Positions 38,104-51,600 of a stretch of DNA of 64,000 nt are shown one piece after another (positions within the stretch are counted from its first letter, which is position 1; every line of letters begins with the position of its first letter). The notes below the pieces were generated by a model, which was given only the letters and a program-made list of their open reading frames with translations, searched no databases and had not been told where the DNA came from. Source of the stretch: Mobula hypostoma (taxonomy: Eukaryota); NCBI RefSeq assembly GCF_963921235.1, contig NC_086109.1, forward strand, positions 29,638,001-29,702,000, given 5' to 3'. The position numbers and the translations under genes were made by a program.

Positions 38104-38566
38104 CACCTCATATACCGTCTAGGTAGTCTCCAGCCCCTTGGTATGAACATAGAATTCTCCAATTTCTGGTAATTCCCTCCCCCTCCCTTCCCCTATCCCT
38201 ATGTCACTCTGCCCCCTCCCCCAGCTGCCTACCTCCTCCCTCTTGGTTCCGCCTCCTTCTACTACCCATTGCGTTTTCCCCTATTCTTTCTTCACCTTTC
38301 CTGCGTATCACCTCCCTGCCTCCCTTCCCCCACCCCTTTATCTTTCCCCTTACTGGTTTTTCTCCTGGAACCTACCAGCCTTCTCCTTCCCACCCTCCCC
38401 CCACCTTCTTTATAGGGCCTCTGCCCCTTCCCCCTGCAGTCCTGACGAAGGGTTCCGGCCCGAAACGTCGACCGATCTTTTCCTCTGATGCTGCCCGACC
38501 TGCTGAGTTCCTCCAGCGTGTTGTGACTGTTGTGTTGACCCCAGCATCTGCAGATTATTTTGTGTT
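38104..38566 (+). mobile_element. Penelope-like element 3' end (second subfamily)
   Basis: HLIYRLGSLQPLGMNIEFSNFW* then C/T-rich UTR, hammerhead and gatgctgcccgacctgctgagttcctccagc terminus. Confidence 0.85.
38437..38474 (+). ncRNA. Minimal type I hammerhead ribozyme motif (predicted)
   Basis: cagtc-CTGACGA-a-ggg(ttccgg)ccc-GAA-ACGT-C-gaccg: full catalytic core, stem II, GUC triplet, stem I cagtc/gac(c)g. Activity untested. Confidence 0.75.
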
Positions 38567-38687
38567 AAAGACCATCTAACATGAGTGTTCCATCAGAGTA
38601 TAGAAGACAAGAAACTGTGCAAATACAAAAAGAAGAAATAACATTAATAATCAAATAAGGAATAAATATTGAGAGCATGAGATGAAG

Positions 38688-39343
38688 GGCGGGAGGAGAA
38701 GATGGTGGCGTGATGCAGCGTGCAGTGGCCACTCCGGTGGTGATGTCTGTTATTTGTCAAGTAGGGTGCTGTGCACAACCCTGATTTGATGGAGACGGAC
38801 GTGAGAGCACGGAGGAACATCTGGTGAAACTTCTGAAATGCCTGCTTCGCTGCTGCTGCTACTGTGTGATCCAGAATCTCCGGATGAGAAGGCCCCGAGT
38901 CCTCAGCTTTGCTTGTTGCTCAGCGGCCGGGGCGGGGTCAAAGCGCTCGGCAGAGGATGGTGCTCGGAGAGGTTGTGTCGGAGGGGCTGGTCGGAGGCTC
39001 GAAGTTTTCAGACGGACTCAGAGTCCGCTGCTCGAGTGCTTCCAATGGTGCTGCATCGGCAAGTTGGCGGCGCCTGGAGGTTCTGCCGCCTGCTTGAGAT
39101 GATGAGTCTATCCGGACTTCGAGACTTTTTTTTCCGTGCCCATGGTCTGCTCTTTATCAAATTATGGTATTGCTTTGCACTGTTGTAACTATATGTTATA
39201 ATTATGTGGTTTTGTCAGTTTTAGTCTGGGTTTGTCTTGTGTTTTCTTGTGATATCATTCTGGAGGAACGTTGTATCATTTTTTAATGCATGCATTCCTA
39301 AATGACAATAAACAAAGACTGAGTGTCCTTATAATCTAAAAAA
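38688..39343 (+). mobile_element. Non-coding bipartite LINE-derived element (SINE-like)
   Basis: CpG-rich 5' part starting ggcgggaggagaagatggtggcg; AT-rich 3' part ending aaatgacaataaac...A-run; interrupts gagatgaag|agccc of the host repeat (aag duplicated). Confidence 0.65.
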
Positions 39344-40156
39344 AAGAGCCCTTGAAAGTGAATCCGTTGGTTATGGGACTTTTGCAATGACTGGGCAAGT
39401 GATCTTCAATGCAATTATCCCCTTTGGTTCAAGAGCCTGATGGTTGAGGGGTAATAACTGTTCCTGAACCTGGTGGTGTAAGTACTGAGGCTTTTGGTGG
39501 TGGCAACAAAAACAGAGCATGTACTGGATGGCGAGAGTCCCTGATGATGGATGCTGCTTTCCTGCGACAGTGTTTCGTGTAGACGTGCTCAATGCTCATT
39601 GGAGGGGAGGGCTTTTCCCGTGGTGGACTGGGCCATATCTACTACTTTTTGTAGGATTTTTCATTCAAGGGCATTGGCGTTTCCACACCAGGCTGTGATG
39701 CAGCCTGTCAGTGTACTCTCCACTACACATCAATAGAAGTTTTTTGAAGTTTTAGATATCCTGCCAAATTTCTACACACTCCTAAGGAAATAGAGGTGCT
39801 GCCGAGCTTCCTGCACAATTGCACTTACATGCTGGGCACAGGACAGGTTCTCCAAAATAATAAAGCAGAGGAATTTAAAATTGCTGACCCTCTCCACCTC
39901 TGATCCTCTGATAAGTTTAAGATGTAAACATTTTGTCACATTTAATACATACAATACAGATGAACTTTCACTTGATGAATTAAATATGAACAAGAACATT
40001 TGTAGTGAATCCCAATATATTATTCAATATTTGTTCAGTATTGTTGATGATACGACAAATGAAGTATAAAAATAACTCACAGCAAGGTGTTTATGGCAGT
40101 ATTCCAGCATGGCTACAAGTAGTATTAATCATTAGTTATATTTCCAGAATTTTTAT

Positions 40157-40615
40157 GTAGCCCCCAGTAAGCCTCAGGCTAACTCAACTCACTTTCGTTT
40201 AGGGGGAACAGCCTTCGGCCCCGCCAAAATGGGTAATCAAGTTTGTGTGGATGCTGTGTGATGTACCCCAACCTGCCAGATAACAGTCAATACACCAAAT
40301 GCGATTAAATGATTACAATTTATAGATATTACTGGAACTATGTAACTAATAGAGATAAAATATAAAAGGAAAGCAAAAGGCAGCAAACTTATCAAAGTTC
40401 AACCACTTTGTGCACAACATTTGGAGCTCAAGTAATGGGGTCCTCTTTTCACCATTCGATCCCCTCTGACCACCTCGACCCGCCGCCTGGGACCAACCAT
40501 GGTGGTCGACCAGCCGCTCCACACAAGTCTGTCTTTGTCTCCTCTCCTCACCGAAGACCCTGGGCCTTGGACTCCCGCTTGGGGTCCGTCCCGTTGGCCA
40601 GTTTACAGCAAAGGT
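40157..40615. mobile_element. Possible partial LTR
   Basis: Abrupt TG-initiated, GC/CpG-richer block with no partner and no coding motif. Confidence 0.3.
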
Positions 40616-41063
40616 AGTTAGTAAAAAAAGGATTAAGTCAGAAACTATATTTGTAGTTCATGAATGCAGGCAGATTTCTTTTACCACTCACAGTATTTAC
40701 TCTTACCTTGCCTTCAAGTAAATGATATCACACAAATGTGGCAGACTGGAAGAATGTGAAGTGCTGTTTCTGCACTAAGATTTCAGCAACAGCTCCAATT
40801 GGGTCTGAAGAATGGAGCTTGAATCCCACTGTAGCAATTAGGAATTTAAAGTCATGTAACTAAATACATCTGGAATCAAAAAAGCTGGTACTGATTACTG
40901 TGAGCATTAAACAATGGAACTGTTGTTGAAGATTGCATTTGTCTTTCCAGAAGTCAGCCTATCACCCTTATCCAGTCTGTTGTATAAGGTACTTCAGACC
41001 AATAGTAAATGGGTAGACTCTTACCACAGCAAGCCACACAGCGCAAGGGCAATACCTTCTAAC

Positions 41064-43010
41064 CAGGTGCAGAGGATTGGAGGATAGCTAATCTTGCTCA
41101 GTTGTTTAAGAAAGGCTCTAAGAATAACCCGGGAAATTATAGGCCGACGAGGCTAGCATCAGCAGTGGATACGTTATTTGAAAGTATTCTAAGTAACTGG
41201 ATATATGCAGTAAGTATTTGAATAGACAGGGACTAATTAGGGATCGTCACCATGACTTTGTACATGGCAGGTTATGATTAACCAATCCTATAGAGTTCTT
41301 TGAGGAAGTTACAAAGAAAGTTGATGAAGGAAAGGCAATGGATGCTGTCTACATGGACTTTAGCCAGACCTTTTACAAAGTCCCACTGTGGATGCTCGTA
41401 TAAAAAGGTTCAGACACTTGGCATTCAGGATGAGGTGGTAAATTAAATTTGGCATTGGCTTTCCGGGAGAGCCAAAGAGTGATAGTAGATGGTTGCTTCT
41501 CTGACTGGAAGCCTGTGAATAGTGGTGCGTCACAAGAATTGGCGCTGGTTCCATTGCTGTTCGTCATCTACAGTATATCGGTGATCTGGATGATGATGCG
41601 ATAAACTGGCTCTGCAAATTTACAGATGACACCAAGATTAGCATGAGTGGAAGGCTATCAAAGCTTGCTGCAGGATTTGGACCAGCTTGAAAAATAGGCT
41701 GAAAAATGGCAGATGGATTTAATGCAGACAAGCACGAGGTATTGCCCTTCTGGAGGATAAACCAGGGTAGGACTTTCACAGTGAACAGCAGGACACTAAA
41801 GAGTTCAAAGAATTGAGGTATATTGAAATATAGATCCATAATTCCTTGGAAATAGTATCGCAGGCAGATAGGGTCATGAAGAGAGCTTTTGGTACATTGG
41901 CCTTCAAAAATCAATGATTACAGGAGTTGCGATTTTATGTTGAAGTTGAATAAAATTGGTGTGGACTAATCTGGTGTAATCCATGCAATTCTGGTCATCT
42001 ATCCAGCAGAAAAATATCGATGAGATTGAAACAGGGGAGAAATTTTACAAGGATGTTGTCCAGGACTTGACGACCTGAGTTGTAGGGAAAGTTTGAATAG
42101 GTTAGAAATTTATTCCCTGCATCATAGAAAGGTGAAAGGAGATTTGATAGAGACATACAAAATTATGTCTGGTATGTAAAATGCCATCTGGTATGGAGGG
42201 GCCGCTGCACAGGATTGGAAAAAGCTGCATAAAGTTGTATACTGAGCCAGTTCCACTGTAGGCACCAGCCTCCCCAGCATCTAGGACACCTTCAAAAGGC
42301 AATGCCTCTAAAAGGCAGCATCCATCATTAGGGACCCACATCACCCAGGACATGCTCTCCTTTCATTGGTACCATCAAGGAGGTGGTACAGAGCCTAAAG
42401 ACACACACTTAACATTTCAGGAACAGCTTCTTCTCCTCTGCCATCAGATTTCTGAACAGCAATAAACCCATTATTGTATTTCTTCCCTTTGTTTTTGCAC
42501 TGCTTATTTAATTTGTTTTTTTATATACTTCTTATTGGAATTAATAGTTTTTATTGCTATGTATGACAATATCCTGCTGCCGCAAAACAACAAATTTCAC
42601 AACATATGCCGGTGATATCAAACGTGACTCTGATTCTAATTCATCTGATTTTGAATTATGAAGGGTATAAATAGGGTAAATGCAAATAAGCCTTTTCCTC
42701 TGAGGTTAGGTGTAGCTGGAACAAAAGGTCATATTTTAAGGTACCTGTAAAAGGTAAATATTTAAGGGGAACATGAGGAGAAACCTCGTTACTCAGAGCA
42801 TGGTGAGGGTGTGAAACAAGTTGGCAGCAGAAGTGGTGAAGGCCAGTTGAATCAATATTTAGAGAAGTTTGGATAAGTACATGGATGAGATGGGTATGGA
42901 GGGCTGTGGCCCATGTTGGTGTCAATGGGATCAAACAGAATAATAGGTTAGCATGGACTAGATGGACCGAAGGGCCTGTTTCTGTGCTGTAGTGCTCTAT
43001 GAGTCTATGA
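41064..43010 (+). mobile_element. Degraded CR1 LINE, interrupted at 42168-42653
   Basis: gaggattggaggatagcta, ggaaattataggcc, tttacagatgacaccaag (FTDDTK), terminus ggaccgaagggcctgtttctgtgctgt. Confidence 0.85.
42168..42653 (+). mobile_element. Rex1-like LINE 3' fragment inside CR1
   Basis: 7-bp TSD aattatg (42161-42167, 42654-42660); tctgattct tail. Confidence 0.8.
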
Positions 43011-43452
43011 CCTGTAACATCCTCAGTCAATAACCCACACCTTGTACCACTAAAGGAAGACATGAAGAGCTTAATTGTTTCTTTACATGCAAGGTAAATT
43101 GGTTGCACTCACTCAAAACAGAGCCAGAAAATGTACTGTAGATGTTCCTTGTGAATACAATCTTGGCACAGGATGAAGTTAGCAATGTATTTTCTTCTAC
43201 ATTGAACTATGTATTGAGAACAAAGCACAAGAGCTGTTCACAGGGACTAGCTGTGGGATAAATTACAAGTATTAGAAGGTTTCTTTGGAAGATGCAAAAG
43301 TGGACTTACATTAAAATTCTCATAATGTTCAAAATGAGAAATATTTATCTGTGGAATTTATTTACAACAGTTTGAGGTGGAACTGTTTGTTACAGTCATG
43401 TCAGATCATCCAGTTTACTGCAGTTAAGGTCAGTACATTTATAATGACAATA

Positions 43453-46240
43453 GACAATAGTCAACAGACAATAGGTGCAGGAGTAGGCCATTCGGCCCTT
43501 CGAGCCAGCACCACCATTCACTGCGATCATGGCTGATCATCCACAATCAGTATCCAGTTCCTGCCTTATCCCCATAACCTTTGATTCCGCTATCTTTAAG
43601 AGCTCTATCCATCTCTTTCTTGAAAGCATCCAGAGACTTGGCCTCCACAGCCTTCTGGGCAGAGCATTCCACATATCCACCACTCTCTGGGTGAAAAAGT
43701 TTTTCCTCAACTCCGTTCTAAATGGCCTACCCCTTATTCTTAAACTGTAGCCTCTGGTTCTGGACTCACCCATCAGCAGGAACATGCTTCCTGCCTCCAG
43801 CATGTCCAATCCCTTAATAATCTTATATGTTTCAATCAGATCCCTTCTCATCCTTCTAAATTCCAGTGTATACAAGCCCAGTCACTCCAATCTTTCAACA
43901 TATGACAGTCCCACCACCCCAGGAATTAACCTTGAGAACCTACGCTGCACTCACTCAATAGCAAGAATGGCCTTCCCCAAATTTGGAGACCAAAACTGCA
44001 GACAATACTCCAGGTGTGGTCTCACCAGGGCTCTGTACAGCTGCAGAAGGACCTCTTTGCTCCTATACTCAATACCCCTTGTTATGAAGGCCAGCATGCC
44101 ATTAGCTTTCTTCACTGCCTGCTGTACCTGCATGCTTGCTTTCAGTGACTGATGTACAAGAAGACATAGATCTCATTGTACTTCTTAGATAATAATCTGC
44201 CTTCCTGTTCTTACCACCAGAGTGGATAATCTCACATTTATCCACATTAAACTGCATCTGCCCGCTCTACCAGCCTGTCCAAGCCACCCTTCATTCTCAT
44301 AACATCCGCCTCACATTTCACACTGCCACCCAGCTTTGTGTCATCTGCAAATTTGCTAATGTTACTTTTAATCCCTTCATCTAAATCATTAATGTATATT
44401 GTAAACAGCTGCGATCCCAGCACTGAACCCTGCGGTACCCCACTGGTCACCGCCTGCCATTCCAAAAGGGACCCGTTAATCGCTACTCTTTGTTTCCTGT
44501 CAGCCAGCCAATTTTCGATCCATGTCAGTACTCTGCCCCCAATACCGTATGCCCTAATTTTGCCCACTAATCTCCTATGTGGGACCATATCAAAGGCTTT
44601 CTGAAAGTCCAGGTACACTACATCCACTGGCTCTCCCTTGTCCATTTTCATAGTTACATCCTCAAAAAATTCCAGAAGATTAGTCAAGCATGATTTCCCC
44701 TTCATAAATCCATGCTGACTCGGACCTATCCTGTTACAGCTATGCAAATGTGTCATAATTTCATCTTTTATACTGTAATTGACTCCAGCATCTTTCCCAC
44801 CACTGAGTCAGGCTAACTGGTCTATAATTTCCTGTTTTCTCTTGCCCTCCTTTCTTAAAAAGTGGGACAACATTAGCCAACCTCCAATCCACAGGAACTG
44901 ATCCTGAATCTATAGAACATTGGAAAATGATTACCAATGCATCCATGATTTCTAAAACCAACTCCTTAAGTACCCTGGGATGCAGACCATCAGGTCCCAA
45001 GGACTTATCAGCCTTCAGACTCAACAGTCTATCCAACATCATTTCCTGCCTAATATAAATTTCCTTCAGTTCATCCATTACCCTAGATCCTTTGGCCACT
45101 ATTATATCTGGGAGATTGTTTGTGTCTCTTCCCTAGTGAAGACAGATCCAAAGTACCTGTTCAACTCGTCTGCCATTTCCTTGCTCCCCATAATAAATTC
45201 ACCCGTTTCTGTCTTCAAGGGCCCAATTTTAGTCTTAACTACTTCTTTTCTTTTTCACATACCTAAAGAAGCTTTTACTATCCTCCTTTATATTCTTGGC
45301 TAGTTTACCTTCGTACCTCATTTTTTTCTCCGCATATTGCCTTTTTAGTTATCTTCTGTTGCACTTTAAGAGTTTTCCAATCCTCCGGCTTCCCACTCAT
45401 CTTTGCTATGTTATACTTCTTCTCTTTTATTTTTATACTGTCCTTTACTTCCCTTGTCAGCCACAGCCTCCCCTTACTCCCCTTAGGATCTTTCTTCCTC
45501 TTTGGAATGAACTGATCCTGCACCTTCTGTATTATTCCCTGAAATACCTGCCATTGTTGTTCCACTGTCATCCCTGCTAGGATATTGTTCCATTGAACTT
45601 TGGCCAGCTCCTCCCTCATGGTTCTATAGTTCCCTTTGTTCAACTGAAATACTGACACTTCCAATTTTCCCTTCTCCCTCTCAATTTGTAGATTAAAACT
45701 TATCATATTATGGTCACTACCTCCTAATGGCTCCTTTACCTCAAGGTCCCTGATCAAATCCAGTTCATTGCACAACACTAAATCTAGAATTGCCTTCTCT
45801 ATGGTAGGCTCCAGTACAAGCTGTTTTAAGAATCCATCTCGGAGGGACTCCACAAACTCCCTTTCTTGGGGTCCAGTACCAACCTGATTCTTCCAGTCTA
45901 CCTGCATATTGAAATCCCCCATAACAATTGTAGCATTACTTTTGCTACATGCCAATTTTAGCTCTTGATTCAACTTACACCCTACATCCAGACTACTGTT
46001 TGGGGGCCTGCAGATAACTCCCATTAGGGTCTTTCTACCCTTAGAATTTCTCAGTTCTATCCATTACGTCTCCTGATTCTATGTCCCCTCGGCAAAGGAC
46101 TGAATATCATTCCTCACCAACAGAGCTACTCCACCCCCTCTGCCCATCAGCCTGTCCTTTCGATAGGACATATACCTTTGAATATTCATTTCCCAGGCCC
46201 TGTCCACTTGAAGCCATGTCCCTGTTATTCCCACAACATC
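43453..46240 (-). mobile_element. CR1 LINE (EN+RT, frameshifted)
   Basis: ORFs 45305-46024 (MGDFN, SDHN), 44761-45099, 44247-44756 (GVPQGS, FADD), 43537-43875; candidate TSD ataatg(a/g)caata at 43441-43452 and 46241-46252. Confidence 0.92.
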
Positions 46241-48529
46241 ATAATGGCAATATTACTGGGGCTGAACAATTTATGAATAATTAACCTTCTCACATGATCA
46301 CCTTTCTCAAAGGGGAGAAGTCCCTTCCTATTCAATCATGATGCATCTACTACACTGGAACTCCCTCAGAATCCTCCTCTTTTGGCCACTGCAACTGGCC
46401 TCATCCCTGGTTACTTTTATCTGAATTGCCCAATTGGCCATGAATGTTAGAAATTGCCCAATTTCGCTTTAAGGTGCAATAGCGCCTTTTATATATGTTC
46501 ATCTGCTAGGCATCACTTCTCTGCAGTACCCAACTTGTTAATGGGACTGAAATGAACAAATCTCACAAGGAATCATGCTAGCTTGCCAATGGGTTTCTGA
46601 AGCCACTCAGGGTCCTGAATTCACTAACCGGCGTGGAAATTCATTATATGGTTGTATATCTTCTACAGTCCCAAACAATCTTCAATCTGTCACTTTCATG
46701 TGTATTTTCATTTATAGAAATTAACAGACTAGTTAATTTTTCTAATATTTTTCTTCTTATTATTGATACATTTATGATCAAACATGCTTCATTTGTTACT
46801 TTTCCTTTGACTTTTCTGAATATGAATAGGATACCAAATCTGTACAAGGAATGCTTTGGAGTGAGCTTTACAACCTGTCCTTTAAGTTACACCACATTTT
46901 AAGCTCTAGTTATAGCTATGGCAGGTACACACTCCCACTTCTCATGACTGAATGAGATGTAGAGCTGTTCAGTACAGATTAAAGTTTGAATTCAAATCAC
47001 TTTGGCAGGATTCCTGCAGCCATTACATTTCTTTGATTGTTCTGAATTTACATGATGCGTCACCTTTTTAAGAACAATGTGGGCTTTCCTCGTTTTATGT
47101 CCTGTCTCCTTGGAGGCTCGTGAAGTAGCCCATTATAGATAAGCGATAATACAGCATAACCAGTCAAACAGATTTGCTTTGTATCAATGACAGGTAAATT
47201 TTTTTGATCCTTTGGTGTCCTCATCTAGTTCCATGTCCTAACACTTAGCAGAATGATTAGGACCATTAAATGTTAAATAACATTTTGAATCCATTCTTGG
47301 GATAGAGGCATTGCTGGCAGTGACTCTAAGGATGGTGTCAACCGAGAAGTTTGTTATTATCCCTGCCCTATGGTTGATTAAGAAATAATTGCTTATATGT
47401 GGAAATAAGTTGGAATTAATCTGATACTACTTATTTAATTTTCGGTGAATGGATATTCATTTTAGGATCAAAGAAACTGAACATAAATTATTATTTTTTT
47501 ATCGAATGGGCCTTAATCTGATTTATCATTGCTCCACTTAAAATATGGGCTGGGATAGAGAAAGAGTTAAAGTAGCTATTCGATATGGTACAAGCCAGTA
47601 TTCAAGAATTTGTGTATTTAACATAAAGCACTACAGAGTAAATGTTCTAATAGTTCTCGAGACTGTCAACAGCAACATGAAGCATTTTAATTAAAAAGTT
47701 TGATCCAGCTGTTCTTACTATGTAATCAGAAAGTGAAGTGCTCAGCTTATATCCCATCAGCCTCTGGTTTGTTTTGTCCTGCTTTGGCAATTTTCCAATC
47801 AAAGTGCAGTTGATGTGAGCTCCTGAGATGGATGATTGTGGGAAAGTGATGATGCAGAGTCTTGTGACTACACTGTTGGAATTGTTGAGATGAAAACATG
47901 GGAACGGAGAATAACAGGAAACTTTGTTATTACATGAGTCACATTCCAAGGTCACCATACGATATTATTAGAATAGTTATGGAATGAAATAGAATTAGAA
48001 CAATTCCCAAGTTATAAATAATGAAGACAGCCTTTTCTTTTCAATCACATGACTACTCACAGGGCTTCCGAACTGATACTTTCCATTTCAACACTGATCT
48101 TGGAAGTGAAATGTTTCAATCCAAAGCTGACCAATTTGCAATGGACCAAAAGTTAAGATGCATAGAAAGTCATGCCCTGCCATTCTGAAATATTACTCTT
48201 CAATCATTCGAAGAACTCTCATCCAGGAATCATTGTGCATTTAATATTTCAGTAACATTTGAGTGATGTTGTAACTATATAGTTTGATTAATCATTCTTT
48301 GTTTGTTTACATAATTCATATGTAGGAAGTATGTGAATGGCATATTTGCATGCCTCACTAAAAGTTAACAAAGTGTACACGTTATCCTGGGCTCCCATGT
48401 TTTCCCTTTGATTAGATTCTGAAGGTACCAAACAGAACAGAAATCGTACATTAATATTTTTGTTCTGAAGTTGTATTTGAACATACAGTATATTACTTCC
48501 AAGTTTTACAAGTGTGCATTTACGAAGAG

Positions 48530-49442
48530 TCAAGTCATGTCAAGCCAAGCCAAGTTTATTTGTTATTTATCTATATACATCCATGTAATGTATATCATCA
48601 TATGATGTATATAGAAATGAGACATTTCTCTGACCAGGGTGTGAAGAACATTAGTACACATAACATCATAACATACAATAACTTATGAAGGTGTGCATAA
48701 AATCTATAGATGAATCACACATAAATAACAAACTGAAGTGTGCATAAATTAAATATTGTAAGGTACAGAACAGATCAATTAGTAATACTTTGAAGGCAAT
48801 GCAGCAGGGAGTTCAGAAGCCTATTGGCCTGAGGGAAGGAACTATTTGTCATCCTGACTATTCTTGCTTTTATGCATCAGAGTCTCCTGCCTGATGCTGG
48901 ACGGATAGGTGGAGTCCTTAATAATACTAAGGGCTCTGGAACACAGCCCTCCTGATAATATCCCTAATGGATGGTACAGAGACCCCTATGTTCCTCTCGG
49001 CTGTTCTCACAGTCCTTTGTATGGATTTCTGCTTCCATGCCAGTTGGAGATGCAGCTTGCCAGAATGCTCTCAGTGGTGCTCCTGTAAAATGCAGTTAAG
49101 ATGGGGGGAGGGAGATTTGTTTGCCTCAATCTCCTTAGGAAGTGGAGGCACTACTGTGCCTTCTTGTTCAAGGAGTTGATGTTAAGGGATGAGGTGAGAT
49201 CATCCATGATGTGAACTCCCAGGAACTGGGAGTACTTACTTCTCTCTATGGAGGAGCCAAGTATTCAAAGAGGGGGATGGTTCATCTGCACTTTCCTGAA
49301 GTCCACAATGATATCTTTGGTCTTCTCCACGTTCAGGCTTCGGCTGTTCTTCTCACACCCATTCACTTCCTTTTTGTACTCCATCTCGTCATTGTTGTTG
49401 ATGAGGCCATCTACTGTTGTGTCATCCACAAACTTGATAAAA
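48530..49442 (-). mobile_element. Rex1/Babar-like LINE 3' fragment
   Basis: IKFVDDTTVDGLI..LNVEKTKDIIVDFRK (ORF 49265-49492); caag-repeat tail. Confidence 0.8.
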
Positions 49443-49967
49443 GAGTAAAACTTGCAAAAAAAGCGCAAATGCTTGTATGATAACTTAGCCAAAATGTTTC
49501 TATATTGGAATTTATAGTACCAGACTAGATTCTCATTAATTGGAAATGACCTACCCTGTATTGTTTCCCTTTAACCCTTCAGTTCAGTTGTTGAGAACTT
49601 GCCGAGTGGAATAAGTGGATCAGATTTAAGACATAAATTGTAAACATTTTGTTTTGGACAGTATTAATGTTTATGTTTCAGATTTGTTTAATCAATATTG
49701 TCACAAAACAATGTGGGATTTCTTTTCAGACTAAATTGTTGATATAGGTATTCTTCGAATGCACATATTAGACATGTTTATTTATAGTACTTTCAGTTTA
49801 CATTTTCTATCTACAGCCTGTGTGAGAGGGGTGAGATTGAGGGGGCCGATCAGGTTGACTTTTTAACCAGATGATGGTTGTGTTGTAATACAGTAACAGT
49901 ATTTATTTCTCAGGTAACATGTAATCGGTCATGAAGGGAGTTTGCTGTTTTCTATGTTTGATTTGTA

Positions 49968-51467
49968 TATCTCTGGCAATGATCCTTGCATCATCAATGG
50001 GGACGGGAGAGGTTCCAGAGGATTGGAGGGCTGCGGGTGTTGTTCCTTTATTCAAGAAAGGGAGTAGAGATAGTCCAGGAAATTATAGACCAGTGAGTCT
50101 GACTTCTGTAGTTGGTAAGTTGATGGAGAAGATCCTGAGAGGAAGGATTTATGGACATTTGGAGAGGTATAATATGATTAGGAATAGTCAGCGTGGCTTT
50201 GTCAAGGGCAGGTCGTGCCTTACGAGCCTGATTGAATTTTTTGAGGATGTGACTAAACACATTGATGAAGGAAGAGCAGTAGATGTATTGTATATGGATT
50301 TCAGCAAGGCATTTCATAAGGTACCCCATGCAAGGCTTATTGAGAAAGTAAGGAGGCATGGGATCCAAGGGGCATTGCTTTGTGGATCCAGAAATGGCTT
50401 GCCCACGGAGGGCAAACAGTGGTTGTAGATGGGTCATATTCTGCATGGAGGTCGGACACCAGTGGAGTGCCTCAGGGATCTGTTCTGGGACCCTTACTCT
50501 TCGTGATTTTTATAAATGACCTGGACGAGGAAGTGGAGGGTTAGTAAATTTGCTGATGCCATGAAGGTTGGTGGTGTTGTGGATAGTGTGGAGGGCTGTC
50601 AGAGGTTACAGCGGGACATTGATAGGATGCAAAACTGGGCTGAGAAGTGGCAGATGGATTTCAACCCAGTTAAGTGTGAAGTGGTTCATTTTGGTATGTC
50701 AAATATGATGGCAGAATATAGTATTAATGGTAAGACTCTTGGCAGTGTGGAGGATCAGAGGGATCTTGGGGTCCGAGTCCATAGGACACTCAAAGCTGCT
50801 GCACAGGTTGACTCTGTGGTTAAGAAGGCTTACGGTGTATTGGCCTTCATCAATTGTGGAATCGAGTTTAGGAGCCAAGAGGTAATGTTGCAGCTATATA
50901 GGACCCTGGTCAGACCCCACTTGGAGTACTGTGCTCAGTTCTGGTCACCTCACTACAGGAAGAATGTGGAAACCATAGAAAGGGTGTAGAGGAGCTTTAC
51001 AAGGATGTTGCCTGGATTGGGGAGCATGCCTTATGAAAACAGGTTGAGTGAACAAATGTTTGCACCCTTTTCTCCTTAGAGCGACGGAGGATGAGAGGTG
51101 ACCTGACAGAGGTGAATAAGGTGATGAGAGGCATTGATCGTGTGGGTAGTCAGAGGCTTTTTCCCAGGGCTGAAATTGTTGCCACAAGAGGACACAGGTT
51201 TAAGGTGCTGGGGAGTAGGTACAGAGGAGATATCAGGGGTAAGTTTTTTACTCAGAGAGTGGTGACTGCGTGGAATGGGCTGCCGACAACAGTGGTGGAG
51301 GCGGATACGATAGGGTCTTTTAAGAGGTTTTTGGATAGGTACATGGAGCTTAGAAAAATAGAGGGATATGGGTAAGCCTAGTAATTTTTAAGGTAAGGAC
51401 ATGTTTGGCACAACTTTGTGGGCCGAAGGGCTGTATTGTGCTGTAGGTTTTCTATGTTTCTATGTTT
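49968..51467 (+). mobile_element. CR1 LINE RT fragment
   Basis: ORFs 49931-50428, 50516-50989, 51091-51375 with CR1 RT motifs; (ttctatgt)n tail. Confidence 0.92.
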
Positions 51468-51600
51468 TTAATTCATGATAAGTAACTGCAAGACAAAAAT
51501 ATCTGTGTTTTAATGAAACACTATTTGCCATTTATCTGTTCTAGTGAGTACTCAAGGATTTGTGTATTTCACATAAAGCAACACAATTTCATTTTCAAGT

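Larger units (their letters stand above)
37985..39915 (-). mobile_element. Rex1-like LINE 3' fragment (same family as 20669-21573), split by PLE and a non-coding element
   Basis: VERVSNFKFL, ARQHLYFLRS (ORF 39772-39999); UTR pieces 37985-38103, 38568-38687 and from 39344 are collinear with 20669-21000. Confidence 0.75.
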
